A DNA stretch of 64,000 nucleotides, taken from assembly GCF_006345805.1 (NCBI RefSeq), contig NC_043013.1, forward strand, positions 23,994,001-24,058,000, in the 5' to 3' direction. The notes below the pieces were generated by a model. It searched no databases. It saw only the letters and a list, made by a program, of their open reading frames with translations, and had not been told where the DNA came from. Numbering within the stretch: the first letter of the stretch is position 1; every line of letters starts with the position of its first letter. The translations under genes and the position numbers were made by a program. The DNA comes from Octopus sinensis. Lineage: Eukaryota. Shown here piece by piece: positions 27,445 to 64,000 of the stretch.

Positions 27445-27960
27445 TAGCATGTTGTTTCATGAATCTGACTGCTCATCCTTTGTAGGGTAAAATGGATAAG
27501 TTTATGATGGATTTCAGTATACACAACAGTAGTCCATTCACGCCTCTTCTGACTAGAATGGCACAAGTCCGATCCAGCCTGGTCATAGTAAGTGTCTCTC
27601 CTCCATCTGTTGGTCATCATATGTCTGTTAATGCAGTCACAAAACCTTGCCTCTTGATATTGCCACTTGTTCGACCAATAGCCGCCACCCAAGTAATTGT
27701 CCCTCCCTGTCCTTGGTAGAGACTTGCTTAGACCAAACATCAATATCATAAAATATGCTGTTGAGAATTGTGCATGTAGGCTGATCAGTAAACAGCGCCC
27801 CCTGTCAACTATCTTTTCATCCCTCCTCATTAGAGGCTCGAACTATTGTGGCTCTGAAGAGCAACTTTGAAACAAATTGCATCAGGAGTGAACCATGTCA
27901 ACTAAGTGTCTGCTTGTGAGTGTGTGCTGCCTCAAACAACCTTTGCATGAGCTAGCTCAA
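27445..27960 (+). mobile_element. Decayed Penelope-like element end (GIY-YIG-like remnant plus degenerate hammerhead-like motif)
   Basis: GC-richer block; translated pieces DCSSFVG* and LLTRMAQVRSSL..SPPSVGHHM resemble the PLE GIY-YIG region (C...YVG.T...L.TR..EH.SS...S.V..H); CTGAAGA...GAAA at 27854-27872. Confidence 0.45.
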
Positions 27961-30900
27961 CCCTGAACATTGCTCTGCCATCATCATCATCATCATTATA
28001 TTATTATTCACTTAATTCTTTTTCTCATTTTACTCATAAATTATTAGAATTTCATTTCAGAAAAATAAAGAAAAAAAAAGTAATGAAAATTTATTAAATC
28101 TTTCATTGATAAATTACTTTTCTTCCTGCACCAATTACAAATTATATCAATATAAATAGCTATTAGTAAATTATTTGTTAGGGAATGCAATACAAAACAC
28201 ACATTCATTACTGACACACAAGTGAAAAATGAAATTATGCAATTTGATTTTATTCTCTCATTTAACCTATTTTGCTCTTAAAATTTTCAAAAAAAGAAAA
28301 CGGCTAACCAATTCAATTCCTTAATCTATGTTTTGCATTGAATGTTTCTAATTTGTCTTTCATCATAAAAGCAGTGACTTTTATTTTCATTAAGTCTTTG
28401 ATATTCTTATCCTCTTTTCAATTTATCATGTTCATATTCTTTTACCCTCTCTAATAGATATTTTCTGTTATTTCTTATATAGATTAAGGCTTTTCTTAAG
28501 AGATTGGGTAGAGAAAAATCTGTATTAGTAATTTTTTCCCTCCTTAGTGTACATAGATTGTTCAAAGAGAATCACATTTCAAAATGAATACCAAAAGCTT
28601 TACTTCATTCTAATTGCTTTGTATAGTTAGTTGTTCTTGGTTGTAGCTTTCATTCTCATCTCAGTCTTCTCTCTCTCTCTCTCTCTCCCGCTCTCTCTCT
28701 CTCTCTCGTCTGAATAAGTAGATTGCTCTTCATATTTGTATTCATCGTATCACTTTTCCTTACCTATCTTTCTCTCATTTCCCTTCTTTCATTGCTCTTT
28801 TGTCGACTATATCTTATATTTTCATTGCAAGTATCTCATTTTTACCTCATATGCTGGAAATTGTTATGAACTAAAGTGATATTGTCTTTCCATCAAATAA
28901 GCAGTCAGTCAACCAGTTATATCTGTAATATTAGACTATCATTCCATTTTTTATCGAGATGATATGGCTAGATAGGTATTTTAAAGATTTTTTGGAGATA
29001 TACAAATACTGCTTTGTTTGAGAATCTTGGACTTGCTGTACACTAGTATGATTTACATTTATTTAGCTTTTGTCCTGTTTCTAAAATAGAGAAACTTTAT
29101 GTCATTAATACATCATAGATTAGTAACATCTCTCTTTCACACATTTATACTTGCAGCTCTCAAGGAATTTTCTTTACTGTTTGAGGTTGATTAACAAAAC
29201 TTGTAGGAAGAATAAAGAAACTAAATTTTATATTCAACCTGTTATTCAAAATTTTCATGTTAAAAATTATATTCCCTTATATTAGAACATTTCATTTCAT
29301 TCTGGAATATGCATACACTTGCAACACCATTTTAATTGACAAGGGGCCACTCTGCATTGTAGTAGATATTGAAAAAAATGCACCTAATTGTTCTTTCTTC
29401 ACTCAATTAAAAATTAAAAAGTTTTTTTCCCCTTTCAGAGCCAGTTTTTTATAATTAAAATTGAATTGTTATTAGCAATTCATACCTGTAATCCTGATTT
29501 AGTCTATAACACTATAATTATTCTATATTACTTCTTTTATTCTAAGTTCTGTTATAAAATAATATTTTTAAAAATAAGTTATTTGCTACATAAGTTTTTA
29601 TTTTATTATATTTTTTGCAAAACCAATATATAAAAGCTATAAAAAGATTTTTTGAAAAAGAAAACATTTTGATTTTTTTAATTGAAACTGATGTTCACAA
29701 ACTATAAGTTCTAGTTACAGTTACAAAATTTATGAATTATGCTCTAAAGTTTAGGCTCTGAGAACGAGAAGCTTTTTAATTTCTTTAGTAATTTAGTGAT
29801 AGGGGTGCTGTTTACCCATATAAACAAAACAACATTATGTTGACAAACTCAATTTTTCCAGTTGTCTTTTATTTTTTTAAAAAGTTTTATCGAGAACTTT
29901 GAAATATTTGAAACTTTCAAATCATGAACTTCTACTTTTGCAGCTTCACATTATTATTCCATTTTCACTCCTCCATCTCAACCAACTAGCTCTTATTTAG
30001 GGATGCCAATTTTTTTTTTTTTGTGTGTGTTAGATTTCCAGTTCAGTCTTTCTGGCTTGCATTGTACAACTTAGTACAATCCCATTCATGAATTATATCC
30101 ATCAATTCATTCATCATGTATTAAACTTGAACATATTTCAAAATACCAAATATTGACTTCACTCGCAAATTAGTTTATGAATTTCTAAAATATAATTCTG
30201 CATCATATTAACTAACATACCAAAATCATTCAACTATGTTGTGAGATTTAAAAATCATGTGGTGTATGTGTGTATGTATGTATGTGTGTGTGTATATATA
30301 CATATATATATATATTTCTTTTCCAAGTAACTCATTAGATGCATATCTTGTCTTTCAAATGTTCTATTATATGATATTTTGTCTTTTTTTTTTGTACACC
30401 TTAATCTTTCACATTTCATTTTTCCACCTTACCATGGACTGGGCATTTTATTTTCATCTCTATTCTTTTGAGAGATGAATAAAATAGTTTGTAATGATTT
30501 TAAACTGAAGTCTATGAATTTTCAGTTTTACTTTTTACATTTTTGAATTATTGCATGCATGAGTGTGTGTGTATGTGTGTGCATGTGTATGTGAGGAGAA
30601 AACCAGTTGAAGCCATTTCATTTCATGCGTCTCCTTGAGAAAGCTATTTTCATCAAATAGTCCTCATTGTTTTCTACTTCATAAGCCTAATGTTAAATTT
30701 ACTCTCTGCTTTCATACACAAAATATAAAGTCAGTGTTATTTTATCTTTAGACATAAGTTACAATGAACAACTCAGGTGTTTTCTTTTCTCTCTGTTAAA
30801 TTACATTTTCTACTTTCCACTATTATTTTGAACCTTCAAATTAAAAACTAAGCTGAAAAAGTTTTCACTTCTTATATGTCCATCTTTCATTCAAGATACC

Positions 30901-31535
30901 TTATTTTATGCATATACAACCATCAATGTAATGGAAAATTTACTAAATTGACTTATCTATTTGCATCTGTTTTATTTGAGAGACTCAATGGTAATTTGAT
31001 TGAAAGTTTTGATAAAGTGCTCTTTTGATATTTAATATTTTGTTGAATAAATTTTCAGGTGAATTTTTTTAATGGTACATTTTTTGTTGTTGTTACTCTG
31101 TATAAATTATCTGAAATGCTGGCAGCTGGTATCTCTATATGTGTATTCATACAGTAGCATGCTTGACCAGTTTGTTTAGTGTTTGATATTTATATAATGG
31201 CTGCATGAATATTTGAAACTGTCTTCTAACAGCATGGCTTACAACTATTATGATTATTGTGTATTTATTTATCTATTTATTGTTTATTAAATTTGCTATT
31301 GTGTATACTCAATTCTGGGCCTTTCTAGTTTTCATTCCAATCTTTCAAGAAATGCATGCCTGCTACTGGTTGCACTGTCCCAGTAGAAGTCACTACAGTG
31401 GTACTAGAGATAACTAATGTTTACTAAACCTTGGTGATCTGCACAAATCTGTGTAAAGTGTATATGAGGTGCTAAGGATCAGCCATATTGCTCTGCTGTC
31501 TGAACTAACCTATAAAACATATACTACGTTTCCAG

Positions 31536-61932
<30,397 letters not shown>

Positions 61933-61965
61933 GTAAGCTTACTCATTTGAATTATTATTATTATT

Positions 61966-62144
61966 CATCGTTTAACGTCCGTTCTCCATGCTAGCATGGG
62001 TTGGACGGTTCGACCGGGGATCTGGGAAGCCAGAAGGCTGCACCAGGCTCCAGTCTTATCTGGCAATGTTTCTACAGCTGGATGCCCTTCCTAACGCCAA
62101 CCACTCCGTGAGTGTAGTGGGTGCTTTTTACGTGCCACCCGCAC
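61966..62144 (-). mobile_element. Young copy of the same retroposon tail, 33 nt downstream of an exon donor
   Basis: Near-identical to 52457-52592; CpGs intact. Confidence 0.85.
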
Positions 62145-62352
62145 ATTATATTTCACTGCCAGTTGAATGTCTGTTGTGTAGTTATCTCAAGAGGCATTAT
62201 TATCATCATCATCATCGTGTCCACATTTGCATACTTGCATGAATCAGACAAAACTTGTTAAGTCAGATTTATCGACTGCTGGATGCTCTTCCTGTTGCCA
62301 ACCCTCACTTCTTTCTATTTCCTTTAATCCTTCAAACAATGAAGAACTCATT

Positions 62353-62738
62353 GGAGGCATGGCTATGTGATAAGAAGCTTTCTTACCAACCACATGGTCC
62401 TGGGTTCAGTCCCCCTACGTGGCACCTTGCACAAGTGTCTTCTACCATAGCCTCATGCCAGCCAAAGCCTTGTGAGTGGATTTGAAAGAAGCCTGTCATA
62501 GATGTGTGTGTGTGTGTTTCTGTGTTTGCTCCCCACCACCATCCTCCACTGTTCAACAGCTAGTGTTAGTGTGTTTAAATCTCCATAACTTAGCAGTTCA
62601 GCAACAGAGACCGCTAAAATCAGTACCAGGATTTAAGAAATAATATCTTGGAGTCAATTTGTTTGATTAAAACCCTTCAAAGTGGTGCCCCAGCATGGCC
62701 ACATTCAAAGATGACTGAAACAAGTAAAAGATAAAAGA
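62353..62738 (+). mobile_element. Near full-length tRNA-derived SINE
   Basis: Box A-like TGGCTATGTGATAAG, box B-like GGTTCAGTCCC (62403-62413), internal (TG)n and (gtaaaaga)-type tail; partial copies at 18972-19160 and 5290-5460. Confidence 0.8.
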
Positions 62739-63604
62739 ACTCAATGGCTGCACATATTTCCACATTATTTGTATGACATCGACCTTGCTTACAATTAGTG
62801 CAAAGGGAAAGGGACAAACACACACACATGATGAGCTTCTTACAGTTTCCCATTCGCTGGACATTGGTCACCTGCAATTGTAGTGGAAGACATCACTCAA
62901 CAATATTCATACTGTAGAAGTGGTCCCACGTGCTTCTCAAGTAAACCTCTTAGTTACCCCAGCCATGTCTGTCCTCGTGCATCTAGAGAAAATGTAACCA
63001 AATACCAGAAAGAAAGAAGAAGAGGTACTGAGCTGTATTATTAGTGATGTTAAATACAATGTTGGTTATGAAATAATGTTATTTGTTTAATGATATATGC
63101 AGTAATTACTAAGAATACTCTTGCTGCTACGGGCAGTTCTATGTAGTATGAACAGTTTTTAAAAAAACCCATAAAAAATGTGTTAAAAGGAGATTACATT
63201 TGTTGTACAATTTCTGTGTATCTGTGTAAATCTCTTGTTAGACAGACTTGCGTCTACAGAAATGTAAATGTTTGTTTTGAAAAAGAATGGAACTGTGCAA
63301 TGGTGAGAAAGAAATGCTAGTCTAGAAGCTGTTGGGATGGGGGTGGGGGACTGAAGATAAAATTCTTAAAACAAAACTGAAACAAAAGATAAATTGAATA
63401 AGCTAGCACTAGAAATGGTGATAATGTAATAAGATGACTTTGGCAATCCATGCCAAGAGGCAGAAGATATAAAAGAGAAAAAGAATGAAAAATTATAATA
63501 ATTTTTATGAAGTAAAGCTAAAGCAATTACATAGAATTTAGCCTTCTTTTAGGATTCTCTAGATGCTGACATGGCCAAATAGTTGAGAAATTCATTTAAT
63601 AATA

Positions 63605-64000
63605 ACTAGCAGTATCGCCCGGCGTTGCTCGGGTTTGTAAGGGAAATAACTATATAAGCATTTTTAGAGAGTTATTTCCCTTGTAGATGCCAATTCGGGC
63701 TTTCTTAGCCATTTCTGTTTTGGTGTCTTCAAGCCATGAAGTCGTTGTTCTAAAAGAACGCTGGTCTCCTTGACAACGCTTTACGACGTTGATTTCCTTA
63801 CACTCCCTTCCCCACAGCTTCACGAGGGAGGGAAGAAGGGGGAGAAGCAAACAGGTGCAGGTGTGACCATGGACGCCAACTCCGCCGCCATCGACACACG
63901 AAAAATTATGCATTAAAATGGAATAAAAAATGATGTTAAATTATTTTTAAAATCGTAGACTCATCGTAGACGCGCGCTAATACTCAGACGGGCTCGATAT
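63605..64000 (+). mobile_element. Non-autonomous Helitron/Helentron-like element, truncated by the window edge
   Basis: Abrupt switch to CpG-rich sequence beginning ACTAGCAGTATCGCCCGGCGTTGCTCGGG (ACTAGC terminus plus CCCG/CGGG mini-hairpin), the style of Lep1/DINE-like rolling-circle elements; family assignment is inference. Confidence 0.6.

Overview
AT-rich, repeat-dense eukaryotic genomic DNA. The SINE/RTE/mariner repeat content looks like Octopus (an inference, not checked by a search). The window lies inside one large + strand, multi-exon gene, an AGAP1/AGAP3-type centaurin-gamma (CenG1A) ArfGAP. I traced 13 exons from 31536 to 61932. All have GT-AG boundaries and matching phases, and they join into one open frame of 1392 nt (464 codons): Ser/Thr-basic linker, split PH domain, ArfGAP zinc finger (CxxC-x16-CxxC-x4-R), first ankyrin region. 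The N-terminal GTPase-like exons and the last exon are not in the window. There are weaker candidates for upstream, cassette and alternative terminal exons. The introns hold an RTE LINE with a partly open RT frame, two mariner relics, a HERO/R2-type endonuclease relic, a Penelope-like relic, several tRNA-derived SINEs, MITEs, a Helitron-like end and microsatellites. Most notable non-coding signals: a 71-bp palindrome at 46090-46250 made of two head-to-head minimal hammerhead-ribozyme-like motifs, two more degenerate hammerhead-like motifs (27854, 45518-45590), and a possible CRAG-like short-isoform terminal exon. Almost all ORFs in the supplied track are repeat or microsatellite artefacts.
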